DNA of 64,000 nucleotides from Podarcis vaucheri (Eukaryota), in NCBI GenBank assembly GCA_965113315.1, contig OZ220375.1. One strand, 5' to 3'. Both the position numbers and the translations under genes were made by a program. This document shows positions 23,409 through 37,440 of this stretch, piece after piece; within the stretch, counting starts at the first letter, position 1; every line of letters begins with the position of its first letter. The notes under the pieces are model-generated. The model worked only from the letters and a program-made list of their open reading frames with translations. It had not been told where the DNA came from and did no database searches.

Positions 23409-26400
23409 CTGTGAACGGATAAGGGAAAGGGGTGAGATTGAAAAAAAGAGAAGTGACGCAGAAGTAAGAAGAAACTGAGGCTTTTTAATAGTACCTTTGC
23501 ACCTTCCCCAGAATTCCCAGCTCAAAAAACAGACAAAAAACAAAACAACCACCTAGCTACCTTTCTCATCCTGAGATACAACAAATACTTTTTGGGAGTG
23601 TGGATGGAGCAAATTCTTAGGCAAACACAAATTTGCTTGTCTATAATCAAATCAATATTCTTCTAGCAGAAATACTTTACACCATTTAATCGTAATGAAT
23701 GCTGCTGTAAGTTTTTTAAGTACGTACTCTGCAAATCAGATGTACATTACTGAATCGAGCAAGTTGATGCTTTGCATAATTGCCTTAAAATATATAAATG
23801 ATGATCAATGTCCAAAGTGTAGAAATAAAATTTCAAAAAATCTTGCTAGATTTAAACTGTTTTGAAAACTTCGGGTCAGCTAAACCTTTCTGAGAAAATG
23901 AACTTTGGACTTTCCTCCACTTGCTATTATTATATTTGGGCCACATTCAAGTTCAGTTGATGTAAATTGATTACCTATTTCGCTACCCTTTTGTACTCAC
24001 ATTAAGATTTGCTCAAGCAAATGGGTAAAAAGAAGAAACTGTTGTCTCTGTTAACATGTGATTATGAGGATTCTTGTAATATGTGGAGTGTCGCTTGCGA
24101 TAGGAATAGTGATTCCCTCCTTAAGGGAAACTTGGGAGTTGTATTATGTGGAAGAACTAGGAACCTCTTACAAAACATTTCTCAGGTTCTGTGAAGAAAA
24201 TCATAGATTAAATAAATGCGTAGTGCAGAAGTGTTCTGAAAGAAAGCAGCTACAAAATGGCATTATTTATTTTTAGCACAGTTCGTTATTCAAACTGAAA
24301 ACATAGTAAGTAGCTCATACACTTGTTGTGGCTACCAAGTAAAAATGTACAGATAAAGAACATTTGGGTTTGGAGGGGTTTTTTTAGGTTTTCATTCCTA
24401 GAGTTAAAATAGCCTGAAATAATATCCATTTTGTGATGGCCTTTTGATATGTGAATATCAAGAGCTGCTATCCCTTAATAAAAGCATCTTTGTGGTCCTC
24501 ATTTAAGATAATGCTCCATATCAAGCCTCTCAGTTTTGATCAAACAACTTTGAGAAGGGGAGTTCTCCCCCTCTGATAACGACGCCTATCATTTGATCAG
24601 TAGAACTGGTGACGTTATTGTAGGTTAACATAGATAATTATATCTTATCTTGTGAGGCAATTATTCTAGAAAGGGGGACAGGGTCGCCCCTGCAGAGAAC
24701 AGTTTTTCTGAGAGAGAAAGGCTTCATGAAATTGTGGAACAATATTGCAGACAGGAGGGAGCTTTACTGCATACAAAATAAAGGACTGAAAAACTCCCTT
24801 GCTGGCATGGTGCAGCCTTTAATTTCAAAAAAATGACATTAAAAACAAAATTTCAGAAAGGTCATGGGAAACTATTGAAGGTGATGTGTCTTTCATGCTA
24901 GTGATGTCACAGGCAAACTTATCCACCAGGTTCCTATTACACTGCACAATCAAATTTCACACACTACAGACGGAAAAATCACATGTTCCCAATATCACAA
25001 TAATGGTGTTTGAGTGCTGGCAAAATCATGTGCTGAAACAAATAATGTTTGTGGTTTTTTTTAAAAGATTTCTGGAAGAATCCTGTGTAACTAATAATCA
25101 ACACCTGCATGTGTATTGAACACGGGTCATCCACCCCAAACCCAGTCATCTGATAAACTCCTAAATTTAATCCCATTGCTTCTTAGCCTCTTTTCTAGCA
25201 AATAGGATGAACAACTGCTCCTGCTCTTTCTGACATTTTTTAATACTTGGCAATTGTTGCATATACTCTTCTCCCCCCGATCTTTCCCCCTAGGTTAGTG
25301 AATTTCATATTGCTGCCCTCAGGGACTTTTTCCGCACTGATTTGTTGGCTGAGTAAACGTTGCACATCTCCGTGGAATCCCCGCATGTCGCAAAAGATTT
25401 CTAGGAACAGTTTGAAAACCACAGCTCTAGGCTAAACATACTCAGTTCCTTTACCCTTTCCTGGCATGATTTGTCTTCTTGACCCTTTCGCGTCTTTCTA
25501 GCTCTCCTCAGAATCTGTTTTCAACATCCTTCTTTATTAAACTCTTGTGCCCAGAGCTAAACTAAGTACTCTAAATGTGGTCTAACTAGGCCCAAATGAA
25601 ATAAGTAGCATTACATTTTCTTTTGTAAGCTGCTTTGGGTATGACTGTCATAGACAGTGGGGTATAAATGCCGAAATAATATAATAAAAATAAAAAGTGG
25701 CCAGTGCAATGAACAAAATAAGCAGACCTCTCCACATGGCTCAGCCACTTCCTGAACCTTCCCATTTTTATTTTTTTTATAAAAGATTTATGAACTCCCT
25801 TTTCCAAACTGAAGTATACTTCTCTTCTTTGCCTTAAAATAAATCAAATGGATTGCTTACTTCGCAGAAAACCTATCCAAAGGATTGCCAGATTTTTTTT
25901 AATTGGCTCCCCTCCTGTGCCTTTGAAAGCAGCCTGACAAACAGAACTGGGGCTGGTTGGACAATTTGGCACCTGAATAGCATACCTTCTATCAAGACAC
26001 ACTACCCTTCTTAAGGTCCACCACTGCCTCATGCTAGGACTATTGTTTATATACAGAAAATACCTAAGAAGCTTTTCCTAGCCCAGAGATCAAAATCACC
26101 CCAGCAGATGCTGTGGAACCAGCCCATCTGTTCTTCCTGAACCCTTTGGTTGTTCTCCTCTACTCTAAAATAGGTATGTGTGTGCCATATTACCTGTCAT
26201 GCACCCACTAGGCTGCCCTCATCAGTGTTGAAGCAAGTTTCAGCTGCCGGCCCACTCAGCTTCCAAATATGCAATTTGGTGGGACACCATCTTGCCTTTT
26301 GCCTCAGGTAGAAAAATGTATTTGACCAGCCCTGGGAAGGGCAGTGTTGTGGAAATATGACTGGTGGAACAGCAGGAGGGAAGACCCTTACCAGCGTGGT

Positions 26401-28762
26401 GTACGGAAGTGAGGGCATAAACCTAGTTGATGAAGTTGCTGGGAAGTTGTTGCCATGGGGACAGAAAGGCACCCATACTTGGATGTGAGGAACTGAGGTG
26501 GGAAATGTGAAGTTCCTACCAAGGAGCGGAGATATAAAACGGTGCACCGGGTGATGGGGGGGGGCCGGGATGCAGTGAGACAGAGGCTGATGTGTCTCCC
26601 TGATAGCATTAGGAGATGTTCTAGCAACCACATCCCCCTGGGCCTCCCCCTTTTCTCCCTCTGCCATGTTCGATGCATAGCCAAGATCCTGTCCAATTAA
26701 GTGAATCCTTGCTCCTCCACTGCACTTGCTGCAAATGGCCTTTCTGGCCCAGGGCAACTGGAGCGCTTGGGAGAGGATGGCAGGAACTGGCCGCGAGCCC
26801 TGGGAGCCCTACAGCATGCAACCTTCCCCCACCTCCGCCTTGTTGCTTGTCTTTGAAGATTTGCTGGGTGAACGGCCACCAAAGAGCAGGAGAACTCGTG
26901 TGTGTGTGTCTATGCATGCGCAGAAAGGGGTAGTGGTCAGCTGCTTTCACTGTGATATACTTTTCAGACTGTAGTCCAATTCTCGCCTGTCTGCATTCAC
27001 ATTCCTCAGCTGCACCCCTTATATATTTTGACTATCCCCGGTCAACTAGGCATCCTGCCTTTTCAAGCCTTCTCTGCTCAAAGGTATTAGCCTTCCCTAT
27101 CTTTTCCTGCCACAAGTACTTTCCTTGTCTCTGTCATTCTAAAAGATCTCAAGAGGTCTTGCTCCTACATTCTTCATCCGCCCCCCAACTGCTCTCTGAA
27201 AGAGCCCAGAAACCTTCATAGATGGACCCACTGATTCCTAGGGAACCCAGTCATCCTGGCTCTCAGCCTTTGCTGGGGATGTGCATGACTGTCTCCCTTG
27301 TGGGATTCCCTGCCAACAACTTGATTGTCCTTGCCAGCTCATAGGAGGACCCATCTGCTACTTGAGCCCCAGTGTATCTTGGGTATTTGGGATGCTCTTT
27401 CCACATGCAGAAATGCAGGCAAGAGTCACCTCCTTAACTCTGTCAGAGCAAGCAATGCCAGGGAATCTTCACAGATGCTCTACTCCGCTCAAAGAGGAGA
27501 GGAAATAGGAGGGCAACCTATGTATTGGCAAATGCCCTTCAGTCCTGATTCTCAGTGCCTTTTCCGACAAACGGCTAGTGGATCAATTTTATATGTAAAT
27601 CAAAATGAAATGTTCCAGTACTTCTAAATCATCTAAATCCTAGCATAGCTCCCAAGCTTGCCTCCTCCTCCTCCTCTCCACCCCCATCCCTCCGTAGAAG
27701 AAAAATATAATAATTCTTGATCAAATGTGGCTCAAGTTGCCAAAACAGGCCCTTCGATGTTAGCATATGAGTCATTTTGGAAGGACAAAGTTAATCCACA
27801 GCCAGAGATGGGCTACCCTAGACAACCTTACCCTGAAAAACAGCTAGATCAGGTCTTTTCTTGCAGAGGGAGAAGCAGCTTTTGCACCACAACAAAGAAT
27901 CAGCAGCTAAAAACCCAAGGGAGGAAACTGGGATGAAGAAAGAGAGATTAAGGCCACTGGCTTTCAAACTTGCTGACCCCAGAGAACCCTGGCAGCAGCA
28001 TCCGTTGGTCTGCTGCCAAACCCCTCTGCATTGCAAAGGATTCTGGGATGCATTCTAGGGGGCATGCATGGTTTGTGAAGGATGCTGGTTACCCCTGCAG
28101 GGATTTGGCATTGCTCCAGATGAACTGAGAATGCACTTTAGGATGCAGTTCCAGCTCCAGGATTCTGGGGGGAGTTTGCACAAGGCACCCTTGGTGGGTT
28201 CCCCTTAATCTGGAAGAGGTGATTTGAGAATTTTATTGTGTAGTCTCTGGTCTTCTTGGGTGCTCCAAGAAAAGCGAAGTGGTACCTTTGCTAGTATTTG
28301 GGCCCTGTAGTGCTTAGATTACAGAAGGAGGGGGCTTCTCTCCTTTGCTTTTGGGATGGCACCCTTAGCTTTTCAGAACGCTACAAGGGTTGTGATTTGC
28401 CTTGAACATTTAGATCTTGCCCTTCTAGCACTTACATACTACTTAGGACGGCTGACAACAATTGAAATCCACTATAAAATATTAATGTTCTAGGAAATAC
28501 AGTAGGTTGTATCCAATGCTAGCCCTACTCAAAGCAGACCTATTGAAATGGATGGACCTAAGTAAGAAATGGTCATGAACTGCAGTGGGTGCCCTCTGAG
28601 CACTGGGTACACTCAAATATATACAACCAGAGATAATAAAATAAGACAGGTGTAGCTGATAAAACAAAAGCATTGGAAAGCAAAACATAAAAATACCAAT
28701 ATAAAAAACCAAAAAGGTTTTTGTTATACAGCAAAATGCTGTTACATGAGAGCGTCAACGGA

Positions 28763-28940
28763 GGCCTCATCTGCAGTATACATTTGAAGAAGTATCGTAA
28801 CCATTTTAAACAGTCATGGTTTCCTCCAAAGAATCCTGGGGGCTGTAATTTGTTAAGCGTACTAGGAGTTGTTAAGAGGCCCCTATTGCCCTCACAGAGC
28901 AAATGAGGAGAGGAAATGATTGTTTAAACCAGCTCTGGAT
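28763..28940. mobile_element. PIF/Harbinger-like lizard MITE fragment (related pieces at about 1-180, 57160-57350, 61346-61398, 63490-63606)
   Basis: Shared ggcc(c/t)catctgca..tatac...ttaaacagtcatgg.ttcc.ccaaagaatcctggg..ctgta.tttgttaag motifs. TAA flanks at 61344-61346 and about 63607. Confidence 0.55.
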
Positions 28941-30919
28941 CTCAATAGATCTAGGTCTGCTGAGAAAGCCACCTGGGCACGCCATGGATGCTGCCTTGGG
29001 TTTCATAATGGAAAAAGGTGGGATATACAGTAAATGAAATGAATAAAGGAAATGAGCCCTGAAGTCTCCGTGAAATGCCTGACCTCATCAATGCCTGGAG
29101 AACCGGTCAAAACACACACAAACTCTCCTTCAGCCGCACACTGCAGAGGAGGACTGCTAATGGTGGACAAGTTTCCAAAGCTTCTTACCAATAAGCTTCT
29201 GAGGAATGCCCATGTTTCTGTGAAGAGAGTTTGAAAACCACCGCACTATCCAGATAATCGCAACATAGCACTTAAAATCCTCATTTCAATTGGTATTCTC
29301 ATTTGACAGAAGAACTGAGACAAAAACTTAATGACTTGGCCCCATCCCCTTGGTGACTTCGACGCTGAGCAAAGATTTGAGCCCAGGTCTCCTAAAAATA
29401 CCCGTGGAGCATTCCTTGCCTCTGTGATATTGTTAGCTTACTGCCTCCCTTATATCAAAAGGTAAAGTGCAGGGCTGTATACAAAGCAAAGAGAGGAAGA
29501 CAGGAGAAAGAGTTTCATTTGCCAACATTACAGCCCTTGCCTTAGTAAAACTCTGCCTCTTAATATAACCTATCTCCTGTCCAAGATCCATTATATCAAT
29601 CTGGCTTTCCCCCCATATCTAATGGCCAAGGGAGTCTGCTCATCCACAGTCACACCAGTGAACTTTGGCCAATCAATGGGAGGGGGGATGAGATACAATT
29701 TTAAGACACTGGCAGCTGGATTTTGAGCCAGTGAATCAATAATTGGTTTTGATTCTAGGAGCCCTGTGATTCTGTCCTGCTCACAGATTTGTGTGGCCTT
29801 GGGCAAGCTGCTACGGCTTAGGCTCAGCTATGTGTAAAATGGGGGAAAGAAACTCCTACCCTAAAGGTTCATCATAAAAGGGGGGGGGAATACTGCAGCT
29901 TATTATTTTAACTGCAAGATCTGTATCAGTCATAAGCAGCATTACTGGGTTCATTAGATAAGTTGGGTTTAATATTATTTTTGAATAAGTAACAGTAGAG
30001 CTGTGTTTATTCTGTACTATTTTTTCATATCATCAACAAAGTACGAGCTATAGATCTTTCCTTATCTATTTTATTTAATGAAATTTACTCTGCTTCCTCT
30101 TCTGCTTATTGGGAAGGGCAAAGAGCAAGAAAGGGAGCACAGGACCCCTCTTTGGGATGTTGGAAAGACTTCTAAAATTCCAAAGTGTTTTCTTCGCATC
30201 TCTCTGTAATTGTTAAGGGCTAGAAACTTGCTTAGAGAAATAAAGCAGAGATTCCCTGGATGCTGAATTCCTCACTGAGTTTAGGTTTCTGTGTATGTGT
30301 GGCACTTGAGCAGTGCACGTCATAATCTAGAATCACAGTGCTGGTTCACACACACGTGTATATGGCACAAGCTGTCTGCTCTTGATTGTTGTACACTGGA
30401 ATGGCTGGCAGAGCAATGTATAAACTGACTCCACTGAAACTATACCAGGTAACAGTCAAACAGCTTGTTTGGAGGGAACGTGCTTCACTTTCCTCCAGCC
30501 TTTCTCTTATATTACATCTCTCACAAGGGCAGAAACTGTGCTATAGAGACTGTAAGGCATGGAGGGAGAAGCACCCGATGCAGCAAGGCATCAGACAAGG
30601 AAAAGAATGTGACACAATAATATCCTCCACGTTTCTAGGAGACTATTATTTGAATTTAAAATTGCTGTTTCCCATGCTACTGATTGTATTAGCTGCTGTC
30701 AGAAGCAGCAGGGATGAGTTGGTTGAAGAATTATTCCAAGGTTCAGGCTGGATTAGAATAGCAGTTTTCAAACTATGTTCCACAGAATAATGTGGTGAAA
30801 TTATCTACAGAGATTTCTTTTCTCCTTCTCCCATATTACTAGAACTTGAGCGGTGTGTGTGTGTAAGAGAGAGTGACCGAGACCTGAAATCGATTAGCAG
30901 TTGTTTCAGGGACAAAGAA

Positions 30920-31272
30920 AGCAAACTGTTTATTTACAAAATGTAAGATCACTTTATGAAATATGCTGCCACAAGATGTGCTGATGGCCTCTGGCTTTGA
31001 TGGCTTTAAAAGACGATAGAACAAATTCATGGAGGAGGATGTTTCTATCAATGGCCTATTGGCAATGACAGAAGACTTTAAAAGTGCTGTGTTCAGATGC
31101 AGTATCCCATTGGATACCACACACTGTGTTGTGGAAGAGGTTAAACTGGGGGAAGTCTCTTGCCTGCATATCCTGGTTATAGCCTCCTGAAGCCATCTGG
31201 CTGACCATTCTGGGAAACAGGATTCTGTACTAGATGGATTTTGGTTTGATCCAGCAGGGCTCTTCTTACATG
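30920..31272 (+). mobile_element. Older, diverged CR1 3' fragment
   Basis: ccacaagatgtgctgatggcc...gatggctttaaaaga...aaattcatggaggag...tagatgga...tgatccagcagggctcttctta resembles reptile CR1 3' ends. Confidence 0.7.
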
Positions 31273-31356
31273 TCTGGGGTTCATCAGGTTTTAACCTCAA
31301 AGAGAGTATACTGACGGCACTGACAAAACTCTACTAATATAGAGTTTTAACATAAT

Positions 31357-31928
31357 ATAGCATCTACATCAAGGGAAGTAATAGTGCCACTGTATTCTGC
31401 TCTGGTCAGACCTCACCTGGAGTACTGTGTCCAGTTCTGGGCACCACAGTTCAAGAAGGACACTGACAAACTGGAACGTGTCCAGAGGAGGGCAACCAAA
31501 ATGGTCAAAGGCCTGGAAACGATGCCTTATGAGGAACGGCTAAGGGAGCTGGGCATGTTTAGCCTGGAGAAGAGGAGGTTAAGGGGTGATATGATAGCCA
31601 TGTTCAAATATATAAAAGGATGTCATATAGAGGAGGGAGAAAGGTTGTTTTCTGCTGCTCCAGAGAAGCGGACACGGAGCAATGGATCCAAACTATAAGA
31701 AAGAAGATTCCACCTAAACATTAGGAAGAACTTCCTGACAGTAAGAGCTGTTCGACAGTGGAATTTGCTGCCAAGGAGTGTGGTGGAGTCTCCTACTTTG
31801 GAGGTCTTTAAGCAGAGGCTTGACAACCATATGTCAGGAGTGCTCTGATGGTGTTTCCTGCTTGGCAGGGGGTTGGACTCGATGGCCCTTGTGGTCTATT
31901 CCAACTCTATGATTCTATGATTCTATGA
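31357..31928 (+). mobile_element. 5'-truncated young CR1 LINE (ORF2 C-terminus, 3' UTR and tail)
   Basis: Encodes [44 protein letters not shown]...[21 protein letters not shown], typical of CR1 ORF2. Ends TTCCAACTCTATGATTCTATGATTCTATG. Confidence 0.95.
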
Positions 31929-31930
31929 AC

Positions 31931-32057
31931 ATGACTCAGTCAGTAGAGCATGAGACTCAGGATTGAGGTTCAAGCCCCACATTGGGCAAAAGATTCCTGC
32001 ATTGCAGGGGGGTGGTGATGACTCACACAGTCCCTTCCAACTCTATGATTCTATGAT
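31931..32057 (+). mobile_element. Second tRNA-Lys-derived SINE with CR1 tail, directly after the CR1
   Basis: ctcagtcagtagagcatgagactc...ggttcaagccccacattgggcaaaagattcctgcattgcagggg...cccttccaactctatgattctatgat. Confidence 0.8.
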
Positions 32058-32624
32058 CTTCTGATCTCAGGGAGGGTGCTGGAATCCTAACCTACCATAT
32101 GGAGACAGCCGTGGGATGCATAGGGCAAGGAAATTGAGGTTCAGCAAGACCTGGAAAGGAGGCCTGGAAGTATTTTATTCATTTTATTATTATTTTATTT
32201 ATTACTTAAATTTGTTTGTCCTTTTTTACACAAGTGGCTTACAGCAGAACAGCTTATTTTTTTTAAAAAAAATAATTAAGCAAATGAGCTGTGGACAAGC
32301 TTTCCTGAAGGACAGCTTGCCCATGACTACCAACCTTCCTCTGCAGTGCAAAGAGGTGTACAGGATGCATTCTAAGGGTAACTCTCAGTTTCACATGGAG
32401 GGGAACAATGAGAGCGCACTCTCTAAGATGCCCAAGAATCCTCTTCAGTGTGCATAGGCTCTGGGGCAACCTCCTAACAGCAGTTCCTCAGCATGTAACT
32501 CAGTGTGGAAAGAGGAACCCAGACGGAAGAAAATGTCAAAGCTGCCAGATTAGGAGACTGTTTCTGCAAATAGTTTGCATTTTAGCCATTTCAGCCCTCA
32601 GGGTGTTTCCCACCCCCACCTTAC

Positions 32625-33558
32625 CTGCCCTGTTGATCTCGATGATCTCCTCTTGAGCAAGGGGGCATGAGTCGCCCTGGTTGCTGCGATGTGGGGACTG
32701 CATATCCGGTTTGCAGTAGTTGGGCGACCCAGGCTGGGGGGCTCGTGGGATGTGCTTGTTCTTTTTCTTTGGTAGTTTCTGCTTGGCCATGGCCAGCGAA
32801 TAATACATGCCAAAGTTGTTGACGATGACGGGCACGGGCATGGCAATGGTCAGCACGCCAGCCAAGGCGCACAGTGCTCCCACCAACATGCCTGACCAGG
32901 TCTCGGGGTACATGTCACCGTAGCCCAAAGTCGTCATGGTGACCACCGCCCACCAGAACCCAATGGGGATGTTCTTGAAGGTGGTGTGCTTGCTGCCTGT
33001 GATGTCGTCTGGGTCAGCCCCGATCCTTTCGGCGTAGTAGATCATGGTGGCAAAGATCAAGACCCCCAGGGCCAGGAAGATGATGAGGAGCAAGAACTCA
33101 TTGGTACTGGCTCTCAGTGTGTGGCCTAGGACTCTCAGCCCTACGAAATGCCTTGTCAGCTTGAAGATCCTTAGGATCCGGACAAATCTTACCACCCTCA
33201 GGAAGCCCAGCACGTCCTTGGCCGCTTTGGACGAGAGGCCACTGAGGCCCACTTCCAGGTAGAAGGGCAGAATGGCCACAAAGTCGATGATGTTGAGGGT
33301 GCTCTTGATGAACTCCAGCTTGTCTGGGCAAAAGATGACACGCATGAGGAACTCAAAGGTAAACCAGATGACACACATCCCTTCCACGTAGGTGAGGAAT
33401 GGCTCCGTCTCCATTTCAAAGTCCACCTTTACGGTGGTGCCGTTCTCTGACTGTATGACCTCTGTCTTGTTTGTGATGTGGTTGAAAGCCTCGTGGGTCT
33501 CCAGGCAGAAGGTGGTGATGGAGATGAGGATGAAGAAGAGCGAGGCAAAGGCCACATA
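32625..33558 (-). CDS. KCNC3: Kv3.3 second coding exon: S1-S6 transmembrane core and proximal C-terminus (934 nt)
   Basis: Acceptor ctctctccag|TAT (YVAFASLFF, phase 0). Contains S4 [19 protein letters not shown], pore TMTTLGYGD and S6 [10 protein letters not shown]. Ends INRA G|gtaagg, phase 1. Confidence 0.97.
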
Positions 33559-35429
33559 CTGGAGAGAGAGGCAGGGTGTGGGGAAAGAGGGTGTGTAACA
33601 GGGGAGGACGGGGAAGAAAGCCATTAGTGCTCACACATTCTTGGAAAAGACTAGACAGAGAAGGAACAGCATCCCCTCCCAAAGGAACACATTTGTGCTT
33701 AAGCATCCATCCCTACCCACCCACATGGCAAACAAAAACAGAGTATGCTCCTGGCAGAAGGCAGATATCCCCTTTCCTTTTCTCATTCTCTATGCCAACA
33801 AGTGGAAAGGCATGCAGGCAAAGCTAAGACTTGGGGGTTGTAGGCTGGACTGGATTTCACTAGTGTGAGAGATTACGGTCACATTTTTGAATGTTCCACT
33901 TGAGTTTATTTTTTTAATCCTTGCAAGTAGAAAAGTAGTCCAGCTTCTGATGATCTAGCTGCCTGCTTGCAAGACTGTTTTGGTTTTTTTAAGGGGGGGG
34001 GGGCGAAACTGGAGCATTTAAAAATAGTATTCCATCCTCCACACCCCTTGCAGTCCTTTCTGGCACCTCATTGTACTGTATGAGTAGAATAGGCTTAAGA
34101 CAGTTAAGAGTAGGGAAAGTGACAAATCATAAATGATAAACAATTATCGACTTGCATTTCTGCAGCCTATAAAGGTAACTTACACCAGGTCCGTCAGGGC
34201 TATTGATCTTTAGTCCATTACTGACTGCCCTTGCTGTCCGTGGCCCTCCAAGGTCTCAGGCAGAAACTCTTTCCCAGCACCTGCCAGCTGAGACATTTGT
34301 CAATTTGATTGAACCTGGGACTTTTGCCATAGCTCCACCACTGAAGTATGGGCTGTCCTTTATGAACACAACACCGTGGGCTCCCCAGCACCTGATGTTC
34401 AGTGGCATACTCAATGGAAGTTCCATTGGCCTATCATTACTAATAGGCATTGCTAGCCTTATCCTCCATGAATTTGTCTAACCACCTTTTAAATCAGGAG
34501 TGGGGAAACCTGGCACTCCAGATTTTGCTGTGACTTCCGGCAACCATCAGCTCCATCCACCATTGGCCAATAATCAGGGATGACGGGAGCTGAAGTCCAG
34601 AAACATCTTGAGAGCTGACGCTGTCTTAAAGCCATACAAAATTCCAGCAACTGCCACATCTATTTCTGTTCTTCAGGAGCAGCTGCTTATTACATTTTAT
34701 CCTGTCCTTCTTCCAAAGGGCTTAGGGCGACACATCTTTTTCTCTTCCTTCGTGCTTTATCCACAACAACCCTGCATGGTAGATTAGGTAGCAAGATAGT
34801 GACTTGGCCTACTGAAATTCATGGTTGAGCAGGAATTTGAACCCAGGTCTCCCTAATCACACAGTCCACTGTTCCACACAGGCTCTCTCGGCCAATGAGA
34901 TTCTATATATCAAATTGCTACTGCTATTAACTATCAATTGGGTCTGTATGCAAGTATACATCACAGTGTGGCACATATACATTCTCAATGTGGCATAAGG
35001 CCAAAGTTTGGACTTGAAATAAAGGGAGACCTGGATTCAAATCCCTCCTCAGCCATGAAACCCACTGGGTGACTTTGGGTCCATTGCTACCTCTCAGCCT
35101 AATCTATTTCATGGGTTCCCTGCGAGAACCTAAATAGTTTGTGGTGGTGAGGTACATGCATGCTTCCCTGTGCTCCTTGGAATAAAAAAATAACATATTA
35201 TTGCAATCAAATAAATATTCCATATATCTGCAGTTGTACCGTGGAAGCACAAGATTTGAAAACTGGCATAGTGTTCATTCAATACCCTAAGATTCTCATC
35301 CTGAATTTTAAGAAAGCAACTCTGTGGACCTTATGACTGCAGTTATTCCCTGATTTGCATGAAGTACGTAGGCTGCAAAAACTGTTTTTCCTCAGGGTAA
35401 GATTTGAGTTGCCTTTGGTGAAGATAAGG

Positions 35430-35568
35430 CAGGGATGGGAACTGTGTGGCCTTCCCACATGCTTTTCGGACTCCGACTCCCACCATTCCTGATCCCCATC
35501 TATTCTGGCTGGGACTGATGGAAGATGGAATTAACGAAATGTGGAGGGCACCAGGTTCCGCTTCCCTG
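35430..35568. mobile_element. Palindromic hAT-type MITE (diverged)
   Basis: CAGGGATGGGAAC ... GTTCCGCTTCCCTG ends with the same internal architecture as 7937-8073. Confidence 0.6.
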
Positions 35569-37409
35569 GTGTTACCCTTGAGCCTCTCACAGCCCTATTA
35601 GGGCAGATCATCATTATTGTTTTTTTACAGATGAGAAATTATAGATGAGAAAAAGAAAAAAAAAAATAACCCTGTCTGTAAATGTCTCTGAAACTTTGGG
35701 ACTGAGTGGGGGGCTTGACTGCCATTCTCTTTCCAGTTTTCACAACAAAACTTTGATGCGAGAAGGGGAGGGAAAACCCTTTCCCCTTCTTCCTCCTCCC
35801 GTTTTTTTTGTTTTTGTTTTTGTTTTACTTATTTCATGCAATATTCCCACCAGTGAGCTTTTAAACAGTCTTAACATCTGCATTCTGATTAATGAATAAA
35901 GAGCGCTAGGAGGTTTCTGCTGAGGCTTCAGGATTGTGCCGGATGCTCAGCACCCAGACACCTTCTGTTACACCGTTCCCCCACTCCAGTGCCTTGCTAA
36001 AACCCGTGAAGGGAAGCAATGATGTAAGCAGTCATGTGCTTTCCTGCACATGGACTGACCACAGAAAATTCTGTAATTCATTCACATTTCCCATTGGGTA
36101 CACACACACACAGTTGCCACATTATCACAAAATGCTTTGTCACTGGAAGCACAACCCAACTGCTGTCCTCAGAGACAAATTCCTTACATAAGGGCATGCA
36201 TGTCTGCCCCTCCATTTGCTCAGCCATTCATCCACAACTGGGCAACATCTGTGCACCTACACATGCCTACACATGCTCTCCCATAGACCTTGTGTCAATG
36301 CACACAGCAAAGAGCTGTTCCTCACGTGTATACACGAAGCTATCTGCCCTTTTGCATCCGGCATTCATTTGCGTGTTCACCCTGCACACATATACATGCC
36401 TTGCACATATGTACACACACACAACTTCCATCTGTTTTCTCCCAACCACAGGCAGTCCACCTGAGCACACTCAGTGCTGTGTTCTTTTGCAGGCCTGTAG
36501 ATACACAGACCCTAATGTGCGTTTGCACCCAAGGTAACACACACTCATGCATTCCTTTCACTGCACTCCTATCCCTTCCTGAACACACAATCAGGGATGC
36601 ACATGCATCTCTGCGGTTGTACACATACCACCATGCAAGTCCACCTAAACAAGCTCATTGCTTAATGAGCTTATGCCATATCTACTGATTTCAATTAGAT
36701 TTAAGCTGGTTTAGTTGCAGACTAATCTGCAACCAAAACTCAGCATGTGTGCACATTCAAACATAAATACGCACAAATAGGCACACAAGACATTCAGTAT
36801 ACATTGTGTGCAGATTTACATAGGCATATATTCTATAGATCATGTTATATATACTTTTCATAAATATGTAGATCTTTATAGAGGTAGCCCTGATCTGCAC
36901 ACACAAACACACACACACGATCTTTTGTTATTATGCACATAGCAAATGACTGTTCAATTTGAGCACATCCAAACATGTTTCTACACTTGCATGGAGCATG
37001 ACTTTCCCAGGCAACACTTATTGCACCCATACATACCCACATACTTCCATGCATGTACATGCAGTTGGGCATGCTGTACACAGATACAGATAGCCCCATG
37101 TATCTTTATGCACACACTTAGCATGCATGTCCCAACATAGAAATCATATAGCCTTGTGCAATGCAAGAACACTTTCTTGCTCACACATATGTGTACACAC
37201 ACTCCACACTAACACATTTAACTATGGATGTGTGTGTACACACACGCACACCATCCCCATCTCCTTCTGCAAAGTAATCTCTCTGCTTTCTCTTCCACTC
37301 GCTGGATCTCTGCACTGCACAGAATTCCCGTCCCGTCAGCAGTTTCTGCACACAAACCCTAGAATCTCTTTTGAAGCGCAGTGCGGTGCCCAGGAAGTGG
37401 GGGGGGGGG

Positions 37410-37440
<31 letters not shown>

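Noticed and set aside
35900-37260. His/Thr/Cys-rich ORFs in CA/TG-rich tracts (also about 51800-54300)
   Set aside because: Translations of degenerate (CA)n/(TGCA)n low-complexity DNA.
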